From Myxococcota bacterium (GTDB lineage Bacteria; Myxococcota_A; Polyangia; Nannocystales; Nannocystaceae), in assembly GCA_039028615.1 (NCBI GenBank), contig JBCCHT010000018.1, forward strand, positions 64,001 through 128,000: 64,000 bases of DNA, in the 5' to 3' direction. Positions 21,875-31,977 of the stretch are shown piece after piece (the first letter of the stretch is position 1; the number at the start of each line of letters is the position of its first letter). The position numbers were made by a program, and so were the translations under genes. Under the pieces are notes generated by a model. That model was not told the DNA's origin and did not search any database. It saw nothing but the letters and a program-made list of their open reading frames with translations.

Positions 21875-22510
21875 TTGGTGCAGAGTGGAAGCCAGTGGGT
21901 TGCCGCGGCCGCGATGGTGCTCATCGCGACGACGACCGGCTGTGTCGAGCGTTTGATCTACGACACCGGTGCCTTTGGCGATGGCAACGGGGACGGCGGA
22001 CAGATCGATACCGAGACCGACGGGTTCGGCGTCACCGACCAGATCACCACCGCCGATAGCACGGTCGCCACCACGACGACCCCCGGCACCGGGTGCGAGA
22101 TCGAGGCCGACTGCGACAATGGCCAGACCTGCTTCGAGGGGGTGTGTGTGGGCGAAGGCTCGCTTCGCATCTCCCTGTCGTGGGAAGAAGTGACCGACTT
22201 CGACCTGCATGTGTTTGTGCCCAACGGCGACTGGATGAGCTACGAGAACCCGTTGACCGACTACGGGGAGCTGGATGTCGACGACTGCGTGGGCGGCACC
22301 TGTATCAATCAGAACGGGACCCACGTCGAAAATGTGTTGCTCTACTCCAACGCACCACGCGGCACATATGGCATCCGGGTGGTGAACTTCGATGGTCGTG
22401 CGGGCGCCGACTACCGGATCGAGGTCGCGGGAGCAGTGTCCGGGTCGTTCAGCGGCTTCGTTCCCGGAATCGACTACGCCGAGAGTCCGGTCCATCAGAT
22501 CACCTGGTGA
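21875..22510 (+). CDS. Lipoprotein with YfaP/DUF2135-like beta domain
   Basis: Signal ending TTGC; Cys cluster; 'LRISLSW..DFDLHVFVP', 'LDVDD', 'ENV', 'GTY'. Confidence 0.7.
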   Translation: MVQSGSQWVAAAAMVLIATTTGCVERLIYDTGAFGDGNGDGGQIDTETDGFGVTDQITTADSTVATTTTPGTGCEIEADCDNGQTCFEGVCVGEGSLRISLSWEEVTDFDLHVFVPNGDWMSYENPLTDYGELDVDDCVGGTCINQNGTHVENVLLYSNAPRGTYGIRVVNFDGRAGADYRIEVAGAVSGSFSGFVPGIDYAESPVHQITW

Positions 22511-22627
22511 CATCGTTGGGGGGCAGGCCCCGCGGCTGGGCCCGGGGGTTTCCCCACGACCGTGGTTGGGCCGCAAAGGGCCCGAGTATTGAACCCGACG
22601 GGCAAAAAGGGCACGCTGGCTACACGC

Positions 22628-25600
22628 GTGGGTGTGGAGCGCAGCAAGCAGCCTCCGGCAGGCGCGGGAGACGATGAGACCCGCGAGGTGTTGCGGGCGC
22701 CGAGCCTCGGCACCACCGAAGACGTCGTCGGCCAAGGGCCGCTGCCGCCCGAGGCTTCCGATCCCATCACGCTCGGTCGCTTCGAGATCGTCAAGCGTCT
22801 CGGCAAGGGAGCCATGGGCGTCGTCTACGAGGCGATGGACCCGCGGGGCAAAACCGCGCTCGCCATCAAGTCGGTCAGTCGCCTGAGCCCCGAGGCGCTC
22901 TATCGCTTCAAGCAAGAGTTCCGCTCGCTCGTGCGATTGCAGCATCGCAACGTCGTGCAGCTGCACGAGCTGCACTTCGAAGGCGATCGCCTGTTCTTCA
23001 CCATGGAGCTGATCCACGGGGAAGACTTCGTGTCCGCATTGTGTGGTCCGAAGATCGCCGCCGACTCGTCGCAGCGCCGGCCCTGCCGCGACTACCCGCG
23101 CTTGCACGATGCCCTGCGGCAGCTCGCCGAGGGGGTGCATGCCATCCACGCCGGCAAGATCCTCCATCGTGACATCAAGCCTTCGAATGTCTTGATCTCC
23201 AACGAGGGTCGAGTGGTGTTGCTGGACTTCGGCCTGGTGCGCCAGCACGACATCAACGTCGACCTCGGGGTGACCGACGACGGGGCCGTGCTGGGCACGC
23301 CGCTGTACATGTCTCCCGAGCAGGCGCTGGGCGAGCGGCTTGGTCCGCCCAGTGACTGGTACGGCGTCGGCGAGATGCTCTACCAGGCGCTGACCGGGCG
23401 CACGCCCTTCCAGGGCAAGGGCATGCTCGCCCTGCTCGCGGCCAAGCAAGACGACACCCCGCCCGCGCCTTCGACCGTGGTCTCCGGCATCCCGCCCGCG
23501 CTCGAGGCCTTGTGTGTCGACCTGCTGCAGCGCGAGCCCGAAGCCCGCCCCAACGGCGAAGAGGTCCTGCGGCGCATCGCCGCGCTCGACATCGACGGCG
23601 GCTCGTCCGACGACGTCCCGCGCCCCGTCGATCCCTCCTCCTCGGCCGAGACGCTGTACCTGGGCCGCGAGGTCGAGCACCAGGCGCTGTGTCAGGCGGC
23701 CGAGGCCACCCGTCGCGGTCGTCCGGTGGTGGTGCTGGTCGACGGCACTTCGGGCATGGGCAAGACGGCCATGGTCGAGCGCTTCCTGTCCGAGATCGGC
23801 CGGGACGAGAACACGGTGCTGCTCCAGGGCAAGTGCTCGGAGCGCGAGTCCATCCCCTACAAGGCGCTCGACTCGGTGATGGACACGCTGTGCGTGCACC
23901 TGCGAGGGCTCGCGAGCCCGGGCGACATCGAGGCGCTGCTGCCCCGCGACCCGCGGGCGGTGGCGCGGCTGTTCCCCGTGCTGCTGTCGATCCCCGCCGT
24001 GGCCAGTGCGCCCGAGCGCGACGAGCTCGGGCTCGATCCGACTCAGGCCCGGCGCCGCGCCTTCGGTGCCCTGCGCGAGCTGCTGGGGCGCATCGCCGAC
24101 CGCCGCCGCCTGGTCGTGCACATCGACGACCTGCAGTGGACCGACCTCGACTCGGCGATCCTGCTCGACGCGATCCTGCGCGACGCCGATGGCCCGCCGA
24201 TGCTCCTGCTGGCCACCTACCGCACCGATGCGGACGAGGGGGACGGCCCCTTGGCGCGCCTGGTGGGGGAGCTCGAAGAGGACGAGCGGGTCGACGTCCG
24301 CCGCATTCGCGTGGGCCCCATGACCCGCACCGAGGCCTCCGACCTCGCGCTGCGCATGCTGGGCGATCGCAGCAAGCGTCACCGGGCGCTGGCCGACGAG
24401 GTCGCGCGCGAGGCCGAGGGCAGCCCCTTCTTCGTGGGTGAGCTGGTTCGCTATGCGCAGCGGCTGGCCGAAGAGGCGGAGATCCCGGTGTCCGATTCGG
24501 ACTCGTCGGTGAGCCTCGACAGCGTCATCCGGCATCGCCTGCGCTCGCTCCCCGAGGCGGCGCGCCACCTGCTGGGCGTCATTGCGGTGGCGGGTGGTCA
24601 GGTGAGCCAGGGCATCGCGGTGCACGTGGCCATGGGCGAAGAGCCCGCTCGCGGGGCGCTGTCCCAGCTCCGGGCCGAGTCGCTGGTGCGCATCCACGGC
24701 CCCCGCGACCACGATCTCGTCGAGATCTATCACGACCGCATTCGCGAGACGGCGCTGCGGACCATCGAGCGCGACCAGATCGCCGAGATCCACCTCGCCT
24801 TGGGTCGCGCCCTCGAGTCTTCGGGTGATGCCGATGCCGTCGCGCTGTCGCATCACTTTCGCCAAGCGGGCGAGGACCAGCGGGCGACCCGGCACACCCT
24901 CGACGCGGCCGAGCAAGCCGAGGCCGCGCTCGCCTTCGATCGCGCGGCGCAGCTGTATCGGGCGGCGCTCGACCTGTCGGCGCTGCCCCCCGAAGAGGTC
25001 CCCGAGACCGAGGCCCGGCTGGCCGAAGCGCTGGCCAACGCGGGGCGCCTGTACGACTCGGCCCAGGCCTACTTGCGGGCCAGTGATGGCGGTCGCGATC
25101 GCGAGAACCTCGAGTGGACCCGCCGCGCGGCCGACCACATGCTCGCCAGCGGGCACAGCGAAGAGGGCCGCGTGGCGCTGCGAACGGTGCTCGAGTCGGT
25201 CGGCCTGGGCCTGCCCAAGTCCACGGGGCGCGCCATCGCATCGCTGCTGCGGCACCGCGCCGCCCTGGGGATGCGCGGGCTGAAGTATCGCCTGCGCGAC
25301 GCCTCGGAGATCTCGGCCAGCGACCTCGAACGGCTCGACGCGGCATGGACCGCCTCGCGCGGGCTCGTCTACACCGAGGGCATCCTCGGCGCCGACTTCC
25401 ACGCCCGGCACCTCCGCATGGCGCTGCGCTGCGGCGAGCCCATGCGGCTGTCTCGGGCCTTGGCCATCGAGGCGCACATGCAGGCGATCTTGGGGGCGGA
25501 CAAGAAGCTGCCCAAGGCCCAGGAACTGCTCGCCGACGCCGAGCAGCTCGCCGAGCAGACCGACAGCGCCTCCGCCCGCGGCTTCGTGATCGAGGCGCGG

Positions 25601-26473
25601 GGCCACGTGTGGATGGCGGTCGGCCACTGGCCCAACGCGGTCGAAGACCTCGAGCGCGCCACCAAGATCTTCCGCGAGCAGTGCACGGGCATGACCCAAG
25701 AGCTGTCCTACTGCGACGGCCACGGCAGCCTGTGTCTGTGGTTCATGGGTCGAGTGCGCGAGGTCGCCACCCGGGCCCCCATGCTGCTGCGGGAATCCAC
25801 CGATCGGGCCAACCCCTACGTCCAGGGCTATGCCCGCGGCCTGCTCGCCAACGTGATGATGGCCGAGGACCGGGCCGAAGAAGCGGAAGAGCAGCTGGCG
25901 ATCTGTCGGCGAGAGGCACCGCGTCACTTCGAGGCGCACAAGCTCAACTACGTCTCCGGTACCGGGGCGCTGCGGCGCTATCGGGGAGACACCGAAGGGG
26001 CGTGGTCGGTCTGCGAGCGGGACTATCCCGAGGTTCGCAAGCTCACCGTGCTCTCGGCGGCCCTGGCGAAGGCGGAGTTCCTGCTGTGGCGCGGCTCCTG
26101 TGCCCTCGCGGGAGCGACCACTGCCGCCGATCCGGCACCCTTGCTCGGCGAGGCCAAGAGCTGCGCGAGCAAGCTGATGAAGATCCCCGCCGTGTTCACC
26201 AAGGCCTACGCCCACCTGATGCGGGCCGGGGTCGCATCGCTGCAGGGCAACGAAGAGGCCGCGATCGCCGACCTCCGCGAAGCCATCGAGCGCGCGTCGT
26301 CCCGCGGCATGGCGATCCACGTGGCGGCGGCGCAGCGGCGACTGGCGGCCATCGTGGGCGGAAGCGAGGGAGAGACGCTGCTCGCCGACAGCGATGCGTT
26401 CATGGAAAGAGAAGGCGTCGTCCGACCCGACCGCTTCACCGATATGGCGGCGCCCGGCTTCGTCCGTCGCTGA
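22628..26473 (+). CDS. Ser/Thr kinase-AAA ATPase-TPR multidomain protein
   Basis: LGKGAMG, HRDIKPSN, DFG, GTPLYMSPE; Walker A 'GTSGMGKT' and Walker B 'IDDLQW'; helical-repeat C-terminus. Start uncertain (22562-22628). Confidence 0.9.
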   Translation: MGVERSKQPPAGAGDDETREVLRAPSLGTTEDVVGQGPLPPEASDPITLGRFEIVKRLGKGAMGVVYEAMDPRGKTALAIKSVSRLSPEALYRFKQEFRSLVRLQHRNVVQLHELHFEGDRLFFTMELIHGEDFVSALCGPKIAADSSQRRPCRDYPRLHDALRQLAEGVHAIHAGKILHRDIKPSNVLISNEGRVVLLDFGLVRQHDINVDLGVTDDGAVLGTPLYMSPEQALGERLGPPSDWYGVGEMLYQALTGRTPFQGKGMLALLAAKQDDTPPAPSTVVSGIPPALEALCVDLLQREPEARPNGEEVLRRIAALDIDGGSSDDVPRPVDPSSSAETLYLGREVEHQALCQAAEATRRGRPVVVLVDGTSGMGKTAMVERFLSEIGRDENTVLLQGKCSERESIPYKALDSVMDTLCVHLRGLASPGDIEALLPRDPRAVARLFPVLLSIPAVASAPERDELGLDPTQARRRAFGALRELLGRIADRRRLVVHIDDLQWTDLDSAILLDAILRDADGPPMLLLATYRTDADEGDGPLARLVGELEEDERVDVRRIRVGPMTRTEASDLALRMLGDRSKRHRALADEVAREAEGSPFFVGELVRYAQRLAEEAEIPVSDSDSSVSLDSVIRHRLRSLPEAARHLLGVIAVAGGQVSQGIAVHVAMGEEPARGALSQLRAESLVRIHGPRDHDLVEIYHDRIRETALRTIERDQIAEIHLALGRALESSGDADAVALSHHFRQAGEDQRATRHTLDAAEQAEAALAFDRAAQLYRAALDLSALPPEEVPETEARLAEALANAGRLYDSAQAYLRASDGGRDRENLEWTRRAADHMLASGHSEEGRVALRTVLESVGLGLPKSTGRAIASLLRHRAALGMRGLKYRLRDASEISASDLERLDAAWTASRGLVYTEGILGADFHARHLRMALRCGEPMRLSRALAIEAHMQAILGADKKLPKAQELLADAEQLAEQTDSASARGFVIEARGHVWMAVGHWPNAVEDLERATKIFREQCTGMTQELSYCDGHGSLCLWFMGRVREVATRAPMLLRESTDRANPYVQGYARGLLANVMMAEDRAEEAEEQLAICRREAPRHFEAHKLNYVSGTGALRRYRGDTEGAWSVCERDYPEVRKLTVLSAALAKAEFLLWRGSCALAGATTAADPAPLLGEAKSCASKLMKIPAVFTKAYAHLMRAGVASLQGNEEAAIADLREAIERASSRGMAIHVAAAQRRLAAIVGGSEGETLLADSDAFMEREGVVRPDRFTDMAAPGFVRR

Positions 26474-26578
26474 CAGCCCCGCCGAGCCCTCGCCTCACTG
26501 AACAGGCGCCCTCCCCTGAGGGATGACTACGCCATTTTCGACGCCGACGCGCGGTTCGGGACTTACAATGGCGGGAGC

Positions 26579-29500
26579 TTGGCCGACTTCAGCAACGAGG
26601 AACGTCGCCGCTTCGAGGAGCGTGCGTGGACGCTGGCCGTCTCCGGGGGCGCCGAGCCGCTCGAAGCACTGACCGACCTGGCGGGGTCCGACGACTCGAC
26701 GCGCGAGGCGGTAGGCGCTCGCGAGGGCACCTCGGGCTCGCTCGAGGGCTACGTGGTCATTCAGCTGCTGCCCCGCGAGCAGGCGCAGCGCTTGTTGCCT
26801 CGCGGCCTCGAGCTCGCGCCGCAGCCGATCTGTGCCCCCGATCGTCACCCCGTGTTCCTGCTCTTCGCTCGCGAGCAGCTGCAGTCCCGCGCGTGGGGCC
26901 GTGACTACGCGGGCGTGACCCTGGGGGTGCCGTTCGTCCAGCACGCCGATCCCCACGTGCCGCATCGCGGCCCCTTCATCTATCGACCGCAGCAATACGT
27001 CGACGATCTCATCCCGTGCATGATGGGGCGCCGCGTCTACGGCTTCGAGCGCGACCGGGCCAAGATCGAGGTCGACGACAACGCCTACCGCATCTACGAC
27101 CGCGACGACGGCGAGATGGTGATCGAGGCCTGGTTCGAAAAGAAGGGCGACCCCGTCGCGCCGACCACCGTGCCCGGCTTCGATGCGGTGCGGCAGATCT
27201 TCGACCAGCCCACGATCTCCCAGGCGTTCCGCATCATCGACGAGCACGCCCTCCACGAGCGGGGCGGGCCCTTCTTGGGGTGCATCCATCGCCTGCTCTT
27301 CGACGACTCGGGCGCTCAGCTGACCCACGTCAACGCGGTCGTGCAGATCAAGGGCGAGGTGTCACCGCCCGCCTTCCCGCGCGAGCGCATCGTGTCGCCT
27401 TCGCTCGCCGCCCAGGAACTCGGTGCGTTTCACATCCGGGTCCCGCAGGAAATCTCGCTGCCCACCCAGAGCGTGAAGCTGCGCTTTCCCAAGGCGCCGC
27501 TTTTGTACAAGAAGCGGGTCGCGGTGCTCGGCGGCGGTCCGGCTGCGTGTGCGGCCGCGTTCTATCTCGCCAAGACCCAGCGCTACGACGTCACCCTGTA
27601 CACGCTCGGGTATCGCCTCGGCGGCAAGTGTGCGGCGGGCCGCAACCCCGAGCTGGGTCATCGCATCGAAGAGCACGGCCTGCACGCGTTCCTCGGCTTC
27701 TACAACAACGCCTTTCGCACCCTTCGCGAGGTCTACGAGGCGGCCGACATCCCCATCAACCTGGGGCAGGGGCCCTGGTCCGCGCAGCGCCTGGCGGACG
27801 GCGAAGGCCCCTACGCCCGCGCCTTCGAGGGCACCAACACGGTGGGGCTCATGGGGCGCTGGACCGACGCCGAAGGCGAGAAGCACTGGCGCTATTACGC
27901 CACCTCGAGCGAGGTCAACGACGGCGTGCCCGGGGAGGTGCCCTTCGAGCCCCGCGGTCCGCGAGGGCTGGCGCGCGCGGTCAAGGTGACCGTCGACGAG
28001 GCGCGCCGCCAGGCCCGGGAGCTGCGTCGTCGCAATCGCGGGGCCGCCGACGAGTCGTCCGACGAGCTCAAGGTCGAGCGACAGAGCTGGCTCGAGCGCA
28101 ACTTCGGCCGGATGGCGGTGCCCTTCGCTCCCTCCGACGATCCCGAAGACGACGATCAGATCTTCGACGTCATCGACACCCTCGACCGGATCAAGAACTG
28201 GGTCGAGCAAGTGGTCTTCGAGGAGATCACCGACGACATGGCGGCCGGCACCCGCTTCATGAACTTCGTGGCCGACCAGCTCGCGGGCGTCCGTCGCCGG
28301 GCGGGGAAAGACTACGAAGAGCGCATCTTCCAGGACCCCGACGCGTGGTTCGAGTGGAGCGGCCTCGACATCACCGTCACCATCGCCATCGGCCTCATCC
28401 GCGAGCGGGTCTCTCACCTCGAGGAACTCGACGGCTACGACCTGGTCGAGTGGCTACAAAAGCACGGGGTGACCGAGGGCAACGAGCGCAGCCCCATGGT
28501 GCTGTTCTTGTACGACTCGAGCTTCGCGACCAGCAAGACCAAGCCGGTGGTGGCCGATCACCTCGCGGCCGGCGTGGGCATTCGGTGGCTGCTGCTGCTG
28601 CTCGACTACCAGGGCTTCCAGGCCTACGAGTTCCGCTACAGCTGCCCCCAGACGCTGATGAGCCCCTACTACCACGCGCTCAAGAACCTGGGCGTGAAGG
28701 TCAACTTCTTCCACAAGGTCGAGGCGCTCCACGTCGAGCGCGACGGGGACGAGCGTCGGCTCAAGTCCGTTCGCATCCAGCGTCAGGCCACGGTCAAGGG
28801 CGGGCCCAGCAACTACGACCCGCACTGGCTGCCCGAGCTGCCCAACAACCCCCGGGGCTTCGAGCCGTGGGGCAACCGCCCCGACTACCGCCAGCTCGAA
28901 GAGGGCGAGGCGCTCGCGCAGTACGACCTCGAGGACGCCTGGACGCCGTGGCAAGGCGCGGAGACCATCGAGCTGCAGGTCGGCCGCGACATCGACCTGT
29001 GCGTCTGCGGCATGTCGCTGGGGGCCTTGCCCGCCGTGACCCAGGACCTCATCGAGCCGAGCAGCCCCGCCTACTGCGCGGCCTGGGCCGACATGATCGA
29101 CGGCATGGCGCTATGCCAGACGGTGTCGTTCCAGCTGTGGATGGAGTGCCCGCAGGAGCAGGTCTACGGCCCCGACGGGGTGCGAGGCATTCCCGATCGG
29201 CTCGGCCTGTTCACGCAGTTCGCCGAGCCCGAGGGCAGCTTCGGCAATTTCACCCACCTCATCCAGCGCGAGGACTGGGCCAACGCCGACGGCGTCTCCA
29301 CCCCGCCCGCGTTCCTGGCCTACCACACCGGGGCATGGGAGTCGGGCCACCCGCTCGAGGGGCATCCCTTCACCGACCACGAGTACACCGCACGCACGCA
29401 GGCGCAGTGGAAGGCCGAGGCGATGGAGTGGCTCGAGGCCAACTACCAAGACCTCTACAACCGCGCGCCCAAGCCCTTCTTCGCGTTCTGTGAGCAGCTC

Positions 29501-29776
29501 GTCGGGCCCGACGGGAGCAGCGGCGAGCAGCGGCTGAAGCTGCAGTACTTCAACGTCGGCATGCAGCCCTGGGACCTGTACGTGCTGAGCCACCCGGGCA
29601 CGGGCAAGCTGCGGCTCGGTCAGAGCGAGTCGTGGTGCAAGGGCCTGTTCCTGTGCGGTGACTGGACCACCACCGACATCAACGCGGGCTGCGTCGAAGC
29701 GGCGACGCAGTCGGGCATGCTGGCTTCGCGGGCGATCAGCCAGCACCCCCGCTACGTCTGGTACACGGGCTACTGA
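26579..29776 (+). CDS. Acetoacetate-decarboxylase-like domain fused to FAD/NAD(P)-binding oxidoreductase
   Basis: N-terminal 'LLPRGLEL..HPVFLLF..GRRVYGF' (ADC-like); 'VAVLGGGPA', 'LGGKCAAGRN', 'RIEEHGLH', C-terminal 'LFLCGDWT..NAGCVEAA..SG'. Confidence 0.75.
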   Translation: MADFSNEERRRFEERAWTLAVSGGAEPLEALTDLAGSDDSTREAVGAREGTSGSLEGYVVIQLLPREQAQRLLPRGLELAPQPICAPDRHPVFLLFAREQLQSRAWGRDYAGVTLGVPFVQHADPHVPHRGPFIYRPQQYVDDLIPCMMGRRVYGFERDRAKIEVDDNAYRIYDRDDGEMVIEAWFEKKGDPVAPTTVPGFDAVRQIFDQPTISQAFRIIDEHALHERGGPFLGCIHRLLFDDSGAQLTHVNAVVQIKGEVSPPAFPRERIVSPSLAAQELGAFHIRVPQEISLPTQSVKLRFPKAPLLYKKRVAVLGGGPAACAAAFYLAKTQRYDVTLYTLGYRLGGKCAAGRNPELGHRIEEHGLHAFLGFYNNAFRTLREVYEAADIPINLGQGPWSAQRLADGEGPYARAFEGTNTVGLMGRWTDAEGEKHWRYYATSSEVNDGVPGEVPFEPRGPRGLARAVKVTVDEARRQARELRRRNRGAADESSDELKVERQSWLERNFGRMAVPFAPSDDPEDDDQIFDVIDTLDRIKNWVEQVVFEEITDDMAAGTRFMNFVADQLAGVRRRAGKDYEERIFQDPDAWFEWSGLDITVTIAIGLIRERVSHLEELDGYDLVEWLQKHGVTEGNERSPMVLFLYDSSFATSKTKPVVADHLAAGVGIRWLLLLLDYQGFQAYEFRYSCPQTLMSPYYHALKNLGVKVNFFHKVEALHVERDGDERRLKSVRIQRQATVKGGPSNYDPHWLPELPNNPRGFEPWGNRPDYRQLEEGEALAQYDLEDAWTPWQGAETIELQVGRDIDLCVCGMSLGALPAVTQDLIEPSSPAYCAAWADMIDGMALCQTVSFQLWMECPQEQVYGPDGVRGIPDRLGLFTQFAEPEGSFGNFTHLIQREDWANADGVSTPPAFLAYHTGAWESGHPLEGHPFTDHEYTARTQAQWKAEAMEWLEANYQDLYNRAPKPFFAFCEQLVGPDGSSGEQRLKLQYFNVGMQPWDLYVLSHPGTGKLRLGQSESWCKGLFLCGDWTTTDINAGCVEAATQSGMLASRAISQHPRYVWYTGY

Positions 29777-29875
29777 GGCGGTTTTGCGTGAGGCACGCGG
29801 CGGCGGGCCGGGGCGATCGAAAAAAAATCGCCGCCTACGGTCACAGTCGATGCGGGCGCGTGTCTCCGCCGTGCA

Positions 29876-30361
29876 ATGGGAAACCGAGCTCAGAACACAC
29901 AGCAGATCAACGCTGCCATCGCCCCCACCTGGGCCGCAATCTCCGACATGGGGGCGGTGGAGCACTGGCACCCGAACGTCGCGCGAGTCGACGTGTTGAC
30001 CGACCACCATCGCGGGCTCGGTGCCTCACGCCGCGTGGAGTTCCACGATGGCAATAGCGTCATCGAGACGGTGGTCGAGCAGTCGGAGCCGAACGCCATC
30101 GCGATGACGTTGCCGGATTTTGGACCGCTGAAGAACCTCGTCGTCACCATCCGCATCGTCGAACGAGCGAACGAACGGCTCGAGGTCACCTTCTCGATCG
30201 ACTACGACCTGCGCTTCGGCCCCCTGGGATGGTTGCTTCACGCGTTGGTGATGAAGCGTGCGTTCCGAAAGATCTTCGGCATCTCGCTCGATGGGCTTCG
30301 CTACCATCTCGAGACCGGCAACCTCGTGGCCGACTCCGTCCCCGCCCTGGCGGCGAGCTGA
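29876..30361 (+). CDS. SRPBCC/polyketide cyclase-family protein
   Basis: 'INAAIAPTWAAISD..WHP', 'GLGASRRVEF', 'GPLGWLL', 'LRYHLETG'. Confidence 0.8.
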   Translation: MGNRAQNTQQINAAIAPTWAAISDMGAVEHWHPNVARVDVLTDHHRGLGASRRVEFHDGNSVIETVVEQSEPNAIAMTLPDFGPLKNLVVTIRIVERANERLEVTFSIDYDLRFGPLGWLLHALVMKRAFRKIFGISLDGLRYHLETGNLVADSVPALAAS

Positions 30362-30388
30362 TCGACGTGAGCACCAGATCGTGGGCAC

Positions 30389-31297
30389 TCAACCTCGCTC
30401 GTCGCGCTCGTCCGTCTCCCGCAGGGCGGTCTCGAGCGCCGCGACCGTGGCATTGAGCCGACGGCTTCGTGGACCCGAGTGGGGGTAGATGGCGTGCAGC
30501 GGATAGGTGCCCAGCGAATAGCCCGGGAGCACCCGGCACAGGTCGGGTCGACGCTTCAGCACCCGCGTGGAGGTGGGGGCGATGCCCAGGCCCGCGCTGA
30601 GGGCATCGATGAGCGTACGCGAGCCATCCACGCTCACCCGTGAGGTCAGCTCCACGGAGGTCGCGCTGCCGTCGGCCGCCTGCAGGGTCCACTCGGTCGT
30701 GGGCGACTCGGAGATGAGCGGCACGGTGTAGTGGTGCTTCAGGTCCTCCGGGTGCTCGGGGGTCCCCATCTGCTCGAGGTACTCGCGGCTCGCCGCGAGC
30801 ACGACGTGAGCGTCGAAGAGCTTGCGGACGATCAGGTTCGAGTCCGTCAGCCGCCCCGCGGTGATCACCACATCGGCTCCGGCCGCGTTGGGATCGACGA
30901 GGCGATCGATGACCCGGACCTGCAGCTGCAGCCGCTCGTGGCGGCGAACCAGCGCGCGCAGAGCATCGAAGAACTGATGTGCCAGCGCGCTCATCACCGA
31001 GATGCGGACCAGGCCCGCGATCTCGGTTCGATCTTCTTCGAGGAGGTGATCGACGACGTCCACCGAGGCCAAGATTCGTCGCGCCTGCTCGAGCAGCACC
31101 GTGCCCGCTTCGGAGAGACTCTGGCTTCGGGTGGTGCGAGAGATGAGCGTGCGATCGAGCCGAGCTTCGAGGGCGGCCAGACGCCGACCCACCGTGTTCG
31201 CGGGAAGACCAAGCGCTCGGCTGGCGCCGACGATGCTCCCGGAGTCGACCACTTGGACGAAGACTCGGAGCTCTTCGATGTTCTCGATGCCGGCCAT
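30389..31297 (-). CDS. LysR-family transcriptional regulator
   Basis: HTH 'SIVGASRALGLPANTVGRRLAALEARL'; close paralogue of 1793-2689. Confidence 0.92.
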   Translation of the reverse strand: MAGIENIEELRVFVQVVDSGSIVGASRALGLPANTVGRRLAALEARLDRTLISRTTRSQSLSEAGTVLLEQARRILASVDVVDHLLEEDRTEIAGLVRISVMSALAHQFFDALRALVRRHERLQLQVRVIDRLVDPNAAGADVVITAGRLTDSNLIVRKLFDAHVVLAASREYLEQMGTPEHPEDLKHHYTVPLISESPTTEWTLQAADGSATSVELTSRVSVDGSRTLIDALSAGLGIAPTSTRVLKRRPDLCRVLPGYSLGTYPLHAIYPHSGPRSRRLNATVAALETALRETDERDERG

Positions 31298-31500
31298 CTC
31301 GCGGTGTCTGCCCGTCGAAACTCACACAGAACTTGGTGGATTGCCACGGTTCGAGGCCACGCTAGGCTGAAACGGCGTGTGTTTCGCTCGTTCTAGGCTT
31401 CGATTCCATCAAATAGTGGTGGAAAGACCCTCCGATCTTGTCCAGGACTCCATCCGGTCTCGGGGCTATCCCAAAGGTGAGCCAACGAGGAGCCCATCCC

Positions 31501-31977
31501 ATGAAACTCACCGTCACCGAGACTGTTGCACGACCCGCCAGCGAAGTCTGGCACGCCCTGGCGCACGAGTTCGACCAGATCAGCCAGTGGTACACGCCCG
31601 TCGTCAAGTCCTACTCGCTTCCCGACGCCGCGCCCGTCATGGGGGCCGCGCAAAACGGCCGCATCTGCGAGTTCGACGAGCAGGGATCGAAGCGCGCCAT
31701 CGAGACCATCACCCGCTGGGACGAGGACGCCCGCGAGCTGGATGTGAACGTGGAGTTCGAAGGCGCCTCGGCGGCGCTGCCCGTCGCCCGCAACGTGGTG
31801 CGCTTCTCCGTCGAGGAAGTCGACGAGGGGCACTCGGTCGTCCGCTTGGACTCCGACCTCGAGCTTCGCTTCCACGGTTATCTGCTCTTTCCCCTGGTCA
31901 AGCGCGGCCTGTCGAGCAGCTTCAGCTCGCTGCTGCAGGACCTCAAGGGGCACGTCGAAGCCAAGGCCGCAGCATGA
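31501..31977 (+). CDS. SRPBCC-family protein
   Basis: 'VARPASEVWHAL', 'GRICEF', 'LKGHVE'; RBS GAGGAG. Confidence 0.8.
   Translation: MKLTVTETVARPASEVWHALAHEFDQISQWYTPVVKSYSLPDAAPVMGAAQNGRICEFDEQGSKRAIETITRWDEDARELDVNVEFEGASAALPVARNVVRFSVEEVDEGHSVVRLDSDLELRFHGYLLFPLVKRGLSSSFSSLLQDLKGHVEAKAAA

Noticed and set aside
21608..26320. 1570-aa minus-strand ORF and similar long antisense ORFs (3726-5342, 60816-63539, 48437-50263)
   Set aside because: Shadow ORFs of real genes caused by high GC3; no recognisable motifs.
26471..26579. Stop read-through joining the kinase and the downstream oxidoreductase (same frame, single TGA)
   Set aside because: A one-in-three frame coincidence in stop-poor GC-rich DNA; the kinase ends with a normal C-terminus and no SECIS-like element was recognised.
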